Assembly: GCA_903892335.1 (NCBI GenBank)
Contig: CAITID010000078.1
Coordinates: 1 to 55,894 of the forward strand
Length of the DNA: 55,894 nt
DNA from: an uncultured Actinomycetes bacterium
Lineage (GTDB): Bacteria > Actinomycetota > Actinomycetes > Nanopelagicales > Nanopelagicaceae
Direction: 5' to 3'
The notes beneath the pieces were generated by a model, which was not told the DNA's origin, ran no database searches, and worked only from the letters and a program-made list of their open reading frames with translations. Position 1 is the first letter of the stretch. Each line of letters begins with the position of its first letter. Positions 24,393 through 33,381 of this stretch are shown one piece after another. A program made the position numbers and the translations under genes.

Positions 24393-25253
24393 ATGAAAAA
24401 GTATCTAAGGGTCATTTACGGTATATATCTACGATTATTCTCGTCTCTTTTGCTATTCGTCTTGATTTTGGTCGAAATACTCCCCATGGGAAGAAGAATA
24501 TCGACACTATTTTTCGAAAGAGTTTGGGGAAGATTTCATAAAGTTCAAACCGAAAAAGGTCCAATATATTTCTGTACACCAGATTGGTTAAGTAAATTCA
24601 GGGCCAATTCATTTTATGAAAAAGAGCCTGAAACTATTAAGTTTATCGAGACATTTAATGCAGAGTCGGTATTTTGGGACGTGGGAGCTAACATTGGGAT
24701 TTATTCAATTTATGCTAGTAAATTAAAGAATACTAGAGTTTATTCTTTTGAACCTTCACTGTTAAATGTGGAACTGCTCTTTCGAAATATACAAATAAAC
24801 GATTTGGGCAAAAAAATTACAATTTTTCCCATAGCATTAAGCAATAAGACATCAGTTCTCGATTTTTTTATGTCAAAAAATGATTTGCGTTGGGCGGGGG
24901 CACATAACTCTATTGGTTCAAACACTTCTTATACTGGCGGCAAAATGACGGATTTTATTACTTCAAGTCAAGTCACTTGTAGAGGCGAGGATCTAGTCAA
25001 GATATTTAATTTACCGATCCCAACTCACATAAAAATTGATGTTGATGGTTTGGAAGGGGATGTAATTGAAGGATTGCAAACTATGTTAAAGGAAATAAAA
25101 TTTATTTTAATTGAAGTAGATGAATCGAATAAAACCTTAAATGATCGAGTGAAAAATATGATGGAAAGGGAAAATTTCCTCAGAATATCAGAAGTGGGCC
25201 AAGTACAATACGTTGGTAATCAACTTTGGAAAAATCAAGTGCTTAAAGATTAA
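24393..25253 (+). CDS. FkbM-family SAM methyltransferase
   Basis: WDVGANIG, FEP and IKIDVDG motifs. Start moved to ATG 24393 (TAAAGT 7 nt upstream, no overlap with the divergent gene). Confidence 0.88.
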   Translation: MKKYLRVIYGIYLRLFSSLLLFVLILVEILPMGRRISTLFFERVWGRFHKVQTEKGPIYFCTPDWLSKFRANSFYEKEPETIKFIETFNAESVFWDVGANIGIYSIYASKLKNTRVYSFEPSLLNVELLFRNIQINDLGKKITIFPIALSNKTSVLDFFMSKNDLRWAGAHNSIGSNTSYTGGKMTDFITSSQVTCRGEDLVKIFNLPIPTHIKIDVDGLEGDVIEGLQTMLKEIKFILIEVDESNKTLNDRVKNMMERENFLRISEVGQVQYVGNQLWKNQVLKD

Positions 25254-26074
25254 TTAAAAACTTTTTTAATTATCCCTACATACTTTTTGTTAAAACTATA
25301 TATTTTGTTTATCCGTTTTAGAATAAGTTGAAATTCTATAAAACCACTATGCTGAAACTCTAATAAAGTTTCGTATGTGGCAGTTGACATGTATTCTGAA
25401 TCGTTAGACCTAGTGAATTTATAGACATCGTCGCAGAGAATGAAACCATTTGGGTTGCACATCCTGATCGAGTTTGCTATGTCTATAGCCACTATCGGGT
25501 ATCCATGAGCTCCGTCAATCCAAATCAAATCATAACTTCCGGTGTGATTAATTAGAGCCAACGAAGTTTTCTCAACAAAAGTAACATTGCTACATTTTGA
25601 CAAGTTTTCAGAACGAAAATTCTCCATGTAATTATCTCTTTGAGCATATTTGTATATATTCTTGTGTTTAACACTTTGTAATGGCAAATCAATTGTTGTG
25701 ATTTCACTATTTGGAAACAAATCGGAAAGAATTCGTGAAGTTTGGCCATCAAAAGTTCCAATTTCTAGAATTCTGCTTAAATCTGGAGCTTGATTTTTAA
25801 TCGCAGCAAATAAAATTAAGTGTTCGCTCCACATTCCTAAATCTTCCGAGTAGTTCTTTCCATAGATTTTATTCAAAGTTTTGTTTAAAGTTGATATAGC
25901 CAATTCTCGGTTAAATCCATTTTGGAAGTAAGCATTATTCTGGGCCAATAAATTTTCACCACTCGCAGAAAGAAATAGTCTTTTTACAGACTTGTTCCTT
26001 CCAATTTTAGTTATCAATTTTTCTAGAAATTTACCAAACATGAATGAAAAGTACCACCTGATTGAATCCCTCAC
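25250..26074 (-). CDS. Class I SAM methyltransferase (Methyltransf_24-like)
   Basis: ILEIGTFDG, TIDL, YDLIWIDGAH and GFILCDD motifs. Confidence 0.85.
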   Translation of the reverse strand: MRDSIRWYFSFMFGKFLEKLITKIGRNKSVKRLFLSASGENLLAQNNAYFQNGFNRELAISTLNKTLNKIYGKNYSEDLGMWSEHLILFAAIKNQAPDLSRILEIGTFDGQTSRILSDLFPNSEITTIDLPLQSVKHKNIYKYAQRDNYMENFRSENLSKCSNVTFVEKTSLALINHTGSYDLIWIDGAHGYPIVAIDIANSIRMCNPNGFILCDDVYKFTRSNDSEYMSTATYETLLEFQHSGFIEFQLILKRINKIYSFNKKYVGIIKKVFN

Positions 26075-26092
26075 AAATGTTATACTTTTTTT

Positions 26093-26887
26093 GTGTTTTT
26101 TCCATTAATGAAAACCTCCAACTTGGAGGGCTTCCTTGACTTGATTTATCAAGCTCCCAACAATTGGGAAAATAGAATGCGCAAGAAGATCTTTATGCAT
26201 TTGATTTGGTCTGAGGATTCTCATTGGAGAACTCAACAAATTGCCGTGATGAAAAGGGGGGATGTTTACAGAATCAAAACTAATGAAGTTAAGGCAGAGG
26301 TTATGCAAAACAATCTTGCTTTGGCGTATGCTTCTGTTGATCCTCTACCTGAAAAAATCTCTAGCCTTCCGCTTAAAAAAACATGGTTTGCAGAAGTGCC
26401 TGCGTGGAGAAATACCTCTGGCTTCTTTAGTACTTATACCCAGGTAAGCTATCAGTCGGATGTGGAACCACTACCTTCTAAAGCAAGTTTGATGACATTT
26501 CATCCTTTTATTCAGTTTTCAGAAATTGAGAACCGTTTAATCGTGTTAAACGCAACAAATAATCCAGAGATAATTGAATCAAATATCCAAGTTTATAATT
26601 CTATCGATATGAAATTAATTGCTGAAGAGAAAGTCAAAACTAATTCACTTACAACAATTTACCTAGATAAATACAATTTTAAGCCTTCGGATTTACCAAT
26701 TTTCTATTGTCCCAGCATGGCTGGTATACCGTTTGGTTTAGGAATTTCAAAGGATTTCAAAATGCTAAGCCTAGAACATACTCATCCGCCTGCAAGTTTA
26801 GTGCTTCATGGGGATAGAAGAGCTATTCAAGGCAAAATCAAAAAGAACTGGGTTAATAGAATGAAATCTGACAACAATGACAATTAG
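26093..26887 (+). CDS. Hypothetical protein
   Basis: 264-aa ORF in AT-rich DNA with TATACT 6 nt before the GTG; no family recognised. Confidence 0.75.
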   Translation: MFFPLMKTSNLEGFLDLIYQAPNNWENRMRKKIFMHLIWSEDSHWRTQQIAVMKRGDVYRIKTNEVKAEVMQNNLALAYASVDPLPEKISSLPLKKTWFAEVPAWRNTSGFFSTYTQVSYQSDVEPLPSKASLMTFHPFIQFSEIENRLIVLNATNNPEIIESNIQVYNSIDMKLIAEEKVKTNSLTTIYLDKYNFKPSDLPIFYCPSMAGIPFGLGISKDFKMLSLEHTHPPASLVLHGDRRAIQGKIKKNWVNRMKSDNNDN

Positions 26888-27677
26888 CGTTCTTACTAAG
26901 GTGCAACGAAAGATAAATTTTGCGATAAATATTCCGCTTAAAGTTTTCAAAAAACCTAAAAGCAAGGATTCCGTTACAAGCGACTTATTCCCAATTAGAA
27001 ATGATGAGAATTGGGCAACCGAATTTGAGTTTCTTAATCTTCCAGGACTCATACGTGGAGATATCGCCAGTAGCCATAAAGCTAAGGTGGTTTTTTTTAG
27101 CGACGATGGCATTGAATTGGGCCGAAAAGATCTCGAAATCAATGGACTTGGACGCAGTACTGTAAATCTAAAAGATTTCTTGAAGGATGGACTCCAGGGA
27201 TCTACTACATTTGCAGTATTTCATGAAAGAGGTGGTACTGCAGCCGACCTTGGCGAAAGTTTTATGGCAGAACGAGGGTATGCAGGGTATAAATACAAAA
27301 GCATTGAAGTTAAAGGCTATGTGCATGGAAACTTGGATGCAGTTTCCTATTCTTCAGGGATTATTAAAAAATTAGGCAACTCTGGTTTTCTAAAAAAAAC
27401 CTACTTTGTTCAGCATTTACTCACAGGACCAGCCGATTACGATTTCATTGTTACCAATCCAACCTCGAAGAAGATTTCAGTTAAACCAATAATTGAAGTA
27501 AATGGAATAACCAAAAAATTTAAAAAATACACCATACCTAGTTTAGGATGTCACACATTTAGCGTGAAAATTCAGGAAACTGAAATCGGAAAAATAAAAT
27601 TTAGAAGTTACTTGTACCTTGGAAGACCTGTGGTGTTCAGGGTAGCGGCTAATTCCTTTGATGTATTCCACGGATAG
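26877..27677 (+). CDS. Hypothetical protein
   Basis: 266-aa ORF overlapping the upstream ORF by 11 nt; no family recognised. Confidence 0.75.
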   Translation: MTISVLTKVQRKINFAINIPLKVFKKPKSKDSVTSDLFPIRNDENWATEFEFLNLPGLIRGDIASSHKAKVVFFSDDGIELGRKDLEINGLGRSTVNLKDFLKDGLQGSTTFAVFHERGGTAADLGESFMAERGYAGYKYKSIEVKGYVHGNLDAVSYSSGIIKKLGNSGFLKKTYFVQHLLTGPADYDFIVTNPTSKKISVKPIIEVNGITKKFKKYTIPSLGCHTFSVKIQETEIGKIKFRSYLYLGRPVVFRVAANSFDVFHG

Positions 27678-27695
27678 AAACAATTTGACCGCTAG

Positions 27696-28883
27696 TTAGA
27701 CACTATTTTGCCCGATTATCTCTTTTAAAACTTTACAGATTCGCTTAGTGTCCTTCTTTTTGAGCTTCGGGAAAATAGGAATACTTAAAGTTGAATTATA
27801 ATACTCCATGGCTTTTGGGTAGTTCGCAGATTCAAAACCTAAGTCTTTGTAGTACGGCTGCATGGGAATTGGAATGTAGTGAACCTGAGAGCCAATACCT
27901 TGATCACGCAGTTTTTGCATCAATGAATTTCTGCTGATACCCAATTTTGTAAAATCAATCTTTATCACGAATATATGTAAGGCGCTATTTTTGATGTATT
28001 CAATTTGAATCAAAGGTTCAATATGCTTAATGTTTTTCATTAATTGAAAATACAAATGAGCAATCTCTCTGCGTTTTGAAATAAACTTGTCTATTCTTTT
28101 TATCTGAGACAGCGCAAGCGCCGCTTGTATATCAGTTATTCGGAAGTTGTATCCAAGTTCCATCATTTCGTAGTACCAAAGATTTGTCTGGCCATCTGTT
28201 TGCGAATTTATTGGGTTTAAAAATTTATCATCAAGTTTGTTTATTCCATGGCTCCTGAGTCTTAGAATTTTATGATACAAATCTTTGCTGTTGGTAGTTA
28301 TTAGACCCCCCTCTCCAGAGGTTATGGACTTAACTGGGTGCATAGAAAAAACTGTTAAATCCGAATACTTACATGACCCTACTTTTGTTCCATCTTCATA
28401 ATTCCCTCCTAAAGCATGAGCTGCGTCTTCAACTATCTTGAAATTGTATTTATCTGAGAGTTTTGTAAGTGATTTCATGTCGCAAGATTGCCCCGCAAAA
28501 TGCACGGGTACAACAGCAGAGATCTGTAGCCCTTCCTGTAGTTTTTTCTCCAAATTTGACATAGACATATTTCCATTTTCGATCTCAATGTCAACAAAAT
28601 AAGGTTGTAAATTGTTATAGATAATGCTGTTTGAACTTGCGACAAAGGAAATTGGACTAGTTGCTACTTTAGAATTTTCTTCAAGATTTAAAGATTTTAT
28701 AGCTATCTGTAACCCAGCTGTAGCGTTCGCAACAGCAATGGCGTACTTTGCGCCACAGTATTCTGCTGCAAATTTCTCAAACTCCAGAGTTTTGTTGCCT
28801 TGTGTTAGCGACTTAAAACTTAGTTGTTTTGCTACCTCGTAGACGTCCCGAAAATTGATCGTCTGGCGACCGTATGGGATCAA
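27696..28883 (-). CDS. pseC: UDP-4-amino-4,6-dideoxy-N-acetyl-beta-L-altrosamine transaminase
   Basis: MIPYGRQ start, EDAAHALG, SMHPVKSITSGEGG PLP lysine, LRSHG and QVHYIP motifs; coupled to pseB. Confidence 0.88.
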   Translation of the reverse strand: MIPYGRQTINFRDVYEVAKQLSFKSLTQGNKTLEFEKFAAEYCGAKYAIAVANATAGLQIAIKSLNLEENSKVATSPISFVASSNSIIYNNLQPYFVDIEIENGNMSMSNLEKKLQEGLQISAVVPVHFAGQSCDMKSLTKLSDKYNFKIVEDAAHALGGNYEDGTKVGSCKYSDLTVFSMHPVKSITSGEGGLITTNSKDLYHKILRLRSHGINKLDDKFLNPINSQTDGQTNLWYYEMMELGYNFRITDIQAALALSQIKRIDKFISKRREIAHLYFQLMKNIKHIEPLIQIEYIKNSALHIFVIKIDFTKLGISRNSLMQKLRDQGIGSQVHYIPIPMQPYYKDLGFESANYPKAMEYYNSTLSIPIFPKLKKKDTKRICKVLKEIIGQNSV

Positions 28884-29878
28884 GAAATTAAACCAATTTT
28901 TACTAAAAAGGCTTTGAATGTTTCATTTGTAAACCAATCAGGATTAGTTTCGCTACTAAATCGAAACCCTTCTTTAACAATATTGCCTTTCTGGCCCAGA
29001 TTATTTTTATAGGTTTTTGGAGATGTAGAAATCACATAATGATCATCAAATTCCAATGTATTTAATGAATCGTCTTCGGTAATCATGACTTCGTGTAGTT
29101 TCTCGCCTTGTCTAATACCTATTGTCGCGTGTCTGATATCTGGAGCAACAACTTTTGCAACATCGGTTACTTTAAAACTTGGGATCTTTGGGACGAATAT
29201 TTCTCCACCCGTCATTCTATGCAAGGAATCAATTACAAAATCAACTCCTTGATCAAGGCTAAGCCAAAACCGAGTCATTCTTGGGTCCGTGATTGGAATT
29301 TCGCCAGTTTTAGCTTTCTCAAGGAAAAACGGAATAACAGATCCTCTTGAACCTAAAACGTTTCCATACCGAACCACACTAAATCTAGTATCTCGTTTGC
29401 CAGCTAAATGGTTGCCTGCTACGAAAAGTTTATCGGAACATAACTTTGTTGCTCCATACAAGTTAGCTGGGTTTGCTGCCTTATCAGTACTTAGCGCGAC
29501 TACCTTTGAAACATTGTTGTAGATCGCGGCCCTAATTATATTTTCTGCTCCGAGAATGTTAGTTTTTATAGCTTCCATTGGATTGTATTCCGCGGCAGGA
29601 ATTTGTTTCATCGCTGCTGCATGCACAACCATGTCTACATCAAAAGTAGCCTGCTCTAAGCGATTGTAATCTCTTACATCTCCTAAAAAATATCGGAGCT
29701 TTTCCGATTTATGTATCTCCTGCATTTCAAATTGCTTTAATTCATCACGACTAAAAACTATAACTTTTTTAATGTCTTTTACTGAAAGCAAACGTTTTAC
29801 AAAAGATTTTCCAAACGAACCAGTACCTCCGGTTACGAGGACAGTTTTCCCAGAGAATATCTCTTCAATTGAACTCAT
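28880..29878 (-). CDS. pseB: UDP-N-acetylglucosamine 4,6-dehydratase (inverting)
   Basis: TGGTGSFG, FSRDELKQ, HAAAMKQ, STDKA, YGATK, RYGNV.GSRGSV, MTRFW and GEKLHE motifs. Confidence 0.92.
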   Translation of the reverse strand: MSSIEEIFSGKTVLVTGGTGSFGKSFVKRLLSVKDIKKVIVFSRDELKQFEMQEIHKSEKLRYFLGDVRDYNRLEQATFDVDMVVHAAAMKQIPAAEYNPMEAIKTNILGAENIIRAAIYNNVSKVVALSTDKAANPANLYGATKLCSDKLFVAGNHLAGKRDTRFSVVRYGNVLGSRGSVIPFFLEKAKTGEIPITDPRMTRFWLSLDQGVDFVIDSLHRMTGGEIFVPKIPSFKVTDVAKVVAPDIRHATIGIRQGEKLHEVMITEDDSLNTLEFDDHYVISTSPKTYKNNLGQKGNIVKEGFRFSSETNPDWFTNETFKAFLVKIGLIS

Positions 29879-29882
29879 AAAA

Positions 29883-30767
29883 TTAGTTTAACATCAATTC
29901 AGACTTCAACATATCTTCAACCATTGGCATACTTAATCTTGAATCTTTCTCGTACTTGCCGCTATCCAAAGCCATAAATTTGGGTCGCTTAGCCAGTATA
30001 GGATTCAAATCAATAGTGCTGTCTTGAAGTAAATTCTCGTCTACGCCAAAGTGTTGATAAACAAGTTTTATAAATTCAAGTTTCGACACTACATCCCGTG
30101 AGCCTAAATTATAGATACCATCTAAGTTTTTATCTATAAGCTGATCGATAGATTGCATCAAGACCCCAATAGATAACGGGCTGAAATATACATCTGAGTA
30201 CCCCTGAATTGCTTTCTTGTCTTTAATTTGTTTCAATATCCAATCCAATAAAGAGTTTGAGCCTGATTTACTTTTACCAAAAAAATTACTACGGATAATT
30301 AAAGCTTCTTGATTGGAAAATAGGATTGTTTTTTCTGCTTCGAGTTTCGCGTATCCATATTGATTTATAGGACGAATATCCACAAGTTCATTCCTTGGAG
30401 ATTTAATATGAGAGTCAAAATGATCCGTACTAATATGGACAAATTTTACTTTACGATTTCTGGCCAAGTCAGATAAGTTACTCGCTGTTACCACGTTACC
30501 TAGCCAAGACTTTTCGGGGAACTTTTCGTTTTCTTCAACATTAGTAAAACCTGCACAATTAATAATCAGGTCATAACTTTCAGAAATTCTAGATAATTGA
30601 TCTATATTTAAAAGATCGATTTTATACTTTACATCAAAATCCACTGGTGGCTTCGAACGATAAAGTGCCCCGACAAAATTTCCTTGTTTCTTGTAGTGGG
30701 CACAGAATCGAGCACCTAATAAACCTGAGGCGCCTGAAACTAATACTGACATTTTAGAACTTTTCAT
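29883..30767 (-). CDS. RmlD-like NAD(P)-dependent sugar-nucleotide oxidoreductase (SDR)
   Basis: GASGLLG, NCAG, HISTD and YGYAK (YxxxK) motifs. Confidence 0.82.
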   Translation of the reverse strand: MKSSKMSVLVSGASGLLGARFCAHYKKQGNFVGALYRSKPPVDFDVKYKIDLLNIDQLSRISESYDLIINCAGFTNVEENEKFPEKSWLGNVVTASNLSDLARNRKVKFVHISTDHFDSHIKSPRNELVDIRPINQYGYAKLEAEKTILFSNQEALIIRSNFFGKSKSGSNSLLDWILKQIKDKKAIQGYSDVYFSPLSIGVLMQSIDQLIDKNLDGIYNLGSRDVVSKLEFIKLVYQHFGVDENLLQDSTIDLNPILAKRPKFMALDSGKYEKDSRLSMPMVEDMLKSELMLN

Positions 30768-30820
30768 AAGACTTAATTCTATATCAATATATGATTTGGG
30801 TTATAGCGTAAGGATGGGGA

Positions 30821-31765
30821 ATGGAATTGAATTTAGCTCTTATCATCTGCACTAGAAACAGGCCAGAAATGCTCAATAATCTATTGAATTCAATTCAAGT
30901 ATCTGAGCTGAAACCTGATTCTATAATCATTGTTTCATCAGGTGTAGATATATCAGAAATTGTTGAGACGCATCGAAAGTCACTTAAAATACTTCATCAT
31001 CATACTCACCGAATTGGCCAATCGAATCAAAAGATGATCGCAATACAAATGCTCAACCCAACAATAGATTGGGTGTTCTTTTTAGACGACGATTTGGAGT
31101 TAATTCCGTCCACTTTGACTCGCGCATTGCAAAGAATTGAACTAATACGGCAGGAGAATGTGAGTGGAATTGGAACAAATTTAACTCATAAATCACAGAA
31201 TTTTCAACATTCAAAACGAAGGAAATTTCAATCGCAGACTCGAATCGGAAGAATTAAACCCTCTGGTAGAGCTCTGAAATATGCTTTTAGTGAATTCACC
31301 TATACAGAATGGTTGAATGGCGCTTCGATTTGGCGCAAGGATTGTTTAAATCAATACATGTTGCCGGTTTTAGATTCAAAGTATGCCGCTTATGAAGATG
31401 TGATTTTTTCATCTAATGTAGCGCGCACTTCAAAACTAATCTATGATCCTTCGATTATTTTGCTTGAGCAATTACCTCACTCAAGAGTAACTATAAATTT
31501 TAAACAGCTTAAGTACATTACAATTTGGACAGGTTATTTAGTTTGCTCGAGACCGAGCATGAGAATTTACAGTTATAAAATGTTGACCGTAGCACGATTT
31601 ATATTTTTTATTCTTCCACTCCGAAGAAAGTATAAGTTTAATCTTTCAAAAATGATCCTTTGCCTTAGATTTCTTTTGAACATATTGAGATTACCCAGAG
31701 ATAAAGTAAAGTCAAAAATTCTTTTGATTGCTATGTTAAATAGCGAAAATGAAAATATTAACTAG
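30821..31765 (+). CDS. Glycosyltransferase family 2
   Basis: IICTRNR, FFLDDD (DxD) and YEDV motifs. Confidence 0.82.
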   Translation: MELNLALIICTRNRPEMLNNLLNSIQVSELKPDSIIIVSSGVDISEIVETHRKSLKILHHHTHRIGQSNQKMIAIQMLNPTIDWVFFLDDDLELIPSTLTRALQRIELIRQENVSGIGTNLTHKSQNFQHSKRRKFQSQTRIGRIKPSGRALKYAFSEFTYTEWLNGASIWRKDCLNQYMLPVLDSKYAAYEDVIFSSNVARTSKLIYDPSIILLEQLPHSRVTINFKQLKYITIWTGYLVCSRPSMRIYSYKMLTVARFIFFILPLRRKYKFNLSKMILCLRFLLNILRLPRDKVKSKILLIAMLNSENENIN

Positions 31766-33252
31766 GCCTTTAACCTGTTAACTAGTTTTTGAGGTAATTG
31801 AAATTGCTGATAGAGCGATGCCACATTAAAGGAATTACCCTTTAAATTATCTATTTGATCTACAATTAAATTAATCTCTACTTCGAAATTCAATGGATTA
31901 ATTCGAGGGTAATTAAAGCTTGCTATGCTAAAGACATCTAGATTTAAGTTATCCTCGAAATCAACAAAAATTGGTAAATTCTTTGAGTTAAGCGCTTCTA
32001 TAACCGCCGCTGATCCAGTGTACATAGTTGCTTTCGTTCGAGAAATGTCGCATGCTAATGATTCTGTTGAGATCTCTATGTTATCGAGATACACAAAAGC
32101 CCTAATTAATTTTTTCGTTGTACGTTTTAATACTAGGTTAGGATGAAGCCTAAATATAAAGAAAATACTGGGGCAAACTTTAGCAATTCGTAGAGTAAAT
32201 TGAAGAAATTTCTCAGTTTGCCCAATTTTTCCTTCTGGAGTGATCAATATCGATATACCCTTATTCTGCGATGGCTTAATTGGTTTCATCACTTTTTGAC
32301 TACCTACACATATAACCTCGTTTTGATTGGATAGCCCCCGTAGAAAACTCGAATAAGCTGTTCCCGTAGTCAGGATACAAATTTTTTTAGTAAAATTCGT
32401 TATAAACAATTGAAACCCTGTATGAGCTTTAGTTAGGGGTGAATGTTGATAGAAATACAAATTTATGTCCCTATTTTTACTGGTTAAGTGTGTTGCAAGC
32501 AATTCTTCATAGTTGTATCCTTCTAAAGTAAGGAAAACATTCCTTATTAGATGAATTTTTTGTAATTCAACCGTTCTCTTGACCAAGTTAAAGTTATTGT
32601 ACGTTTCCCTGCTGAATATCCAAGGGATCGACTCCATTAAAATGTTAGCCTTGATGGGTTCTAATTTCCTGTATTTACTTGCGAGCCTTAAATGGTTGCT
32701 TAGAAGTCCCAATATTGTTCGCAAAAACTCTTTTGTTTCTAAGGGATGTAAAAATTTCGGCATGAGTAGAACGTTTTTACTGATTTGCTTTTCTGTTAAT
32801 TTCTTTAGAATCTTTGAATATTGGCTCCTTGTGTGATTTAAGTATAACACCGTGCAATTTTCTTTATTAACAAGTTTTGGTAAATCTGCGAAAAACAAAT
32901 CCTTTTCTTCATATATGTTATTTTTAGTTGCATGTGAGATAAACAATGCTTCAGCATTTAATTTATTTGTTTTGAAATATTTAATTTGTCGATAAAAGAA
33001 CAAGCTGCCAACGAAAAAACCAGTTACTTTGATTATTCCTTTTGGTATCTGGTAAATCATTTTATATTTGCGGTATCTATTTATTTTGTTATATTTTAAA
33101 CTTTTATATTTTTTCTGTGATTCTTCATCATTTTTTTGAATTCTAAAGTAAGGATTCATCAAAAATAACGTTGACTTGTTTTCATTAACAATTTCTTGAA
33201 GCTTGAAAGGTAGGTATTCATGTTTCATTGCTTCATCATGCGTCGTTCCCAT
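31762..33252 (-). CDS. Hypothetical protein, possible GT-B-fold polysaccharide transferase
   Basis: 496-aa ORF with YQH, FRLHP and GSAAVIEAL patterns seen in capsule-type transferases; TAAAAT 7 nt upstream. Confidence 0.55.
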   Translation of the reverse strand: MGTTHDEAMKHEYLPFKLQEIVNENKSTLFLMNPYFRIQKNDEESQKKYKSLKYNKINRYRKYKMIYQIPKGIIKVTGFFVGSLFFYRQIKYFKTNKLNAEALFISHATKNNIYEEKDLFFADLPKLVNKENCTVLYLNHTRSQYSKILKKLTEKQISKNVLLMPKFLHPLETKEFLRTILGLLSNHLRLASKYRKLEPIKANILMESIPWIFSRETYNNFNLVKRTVELQKIHLIRNVFLTLEGYNYEELLATHLTSKNRDINLYFYQHSPLTKAHTGFQLFITNFTKKICILTTGTAYSSFLRGLSNQNEVICVGSQKVMKPIKPSQNKGISILITPEGKIGQTEKFLQFTLRIAKVCPSIFFIFRLHPNLVLKRTTKKLIRAFVYLDNIEISTESLACDISRTKATMYTGSAAVIEALNSKNLPIFVDFEDNLNLDVFSIASFNYPRINPLNFEVEINLIVDQIDNLKGNSFNVASLYQQFQLPQKLVNRLKA

Positions 33253-33381
33253 GAAAAGAATTTTACTTGTTTTTTGGGTGAGTTATATGAGAAATCGAAA
33301 TAAAGTCTTGCTTCATATTTCTCACGCACCCAGTCCGAATGTTATGCTGTGATATTCGGTAAAAGATTTGATTTAAGTTTT

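Noticed and set aside
33253-33316. Upstream ATG that would join the 496-aa ORF if an A6 run slipped (phase variation)
   Set aside because: A6 is common in AT-rich DNA, and the annotated ATG has its own TAAAAT box 7 nt upstream.
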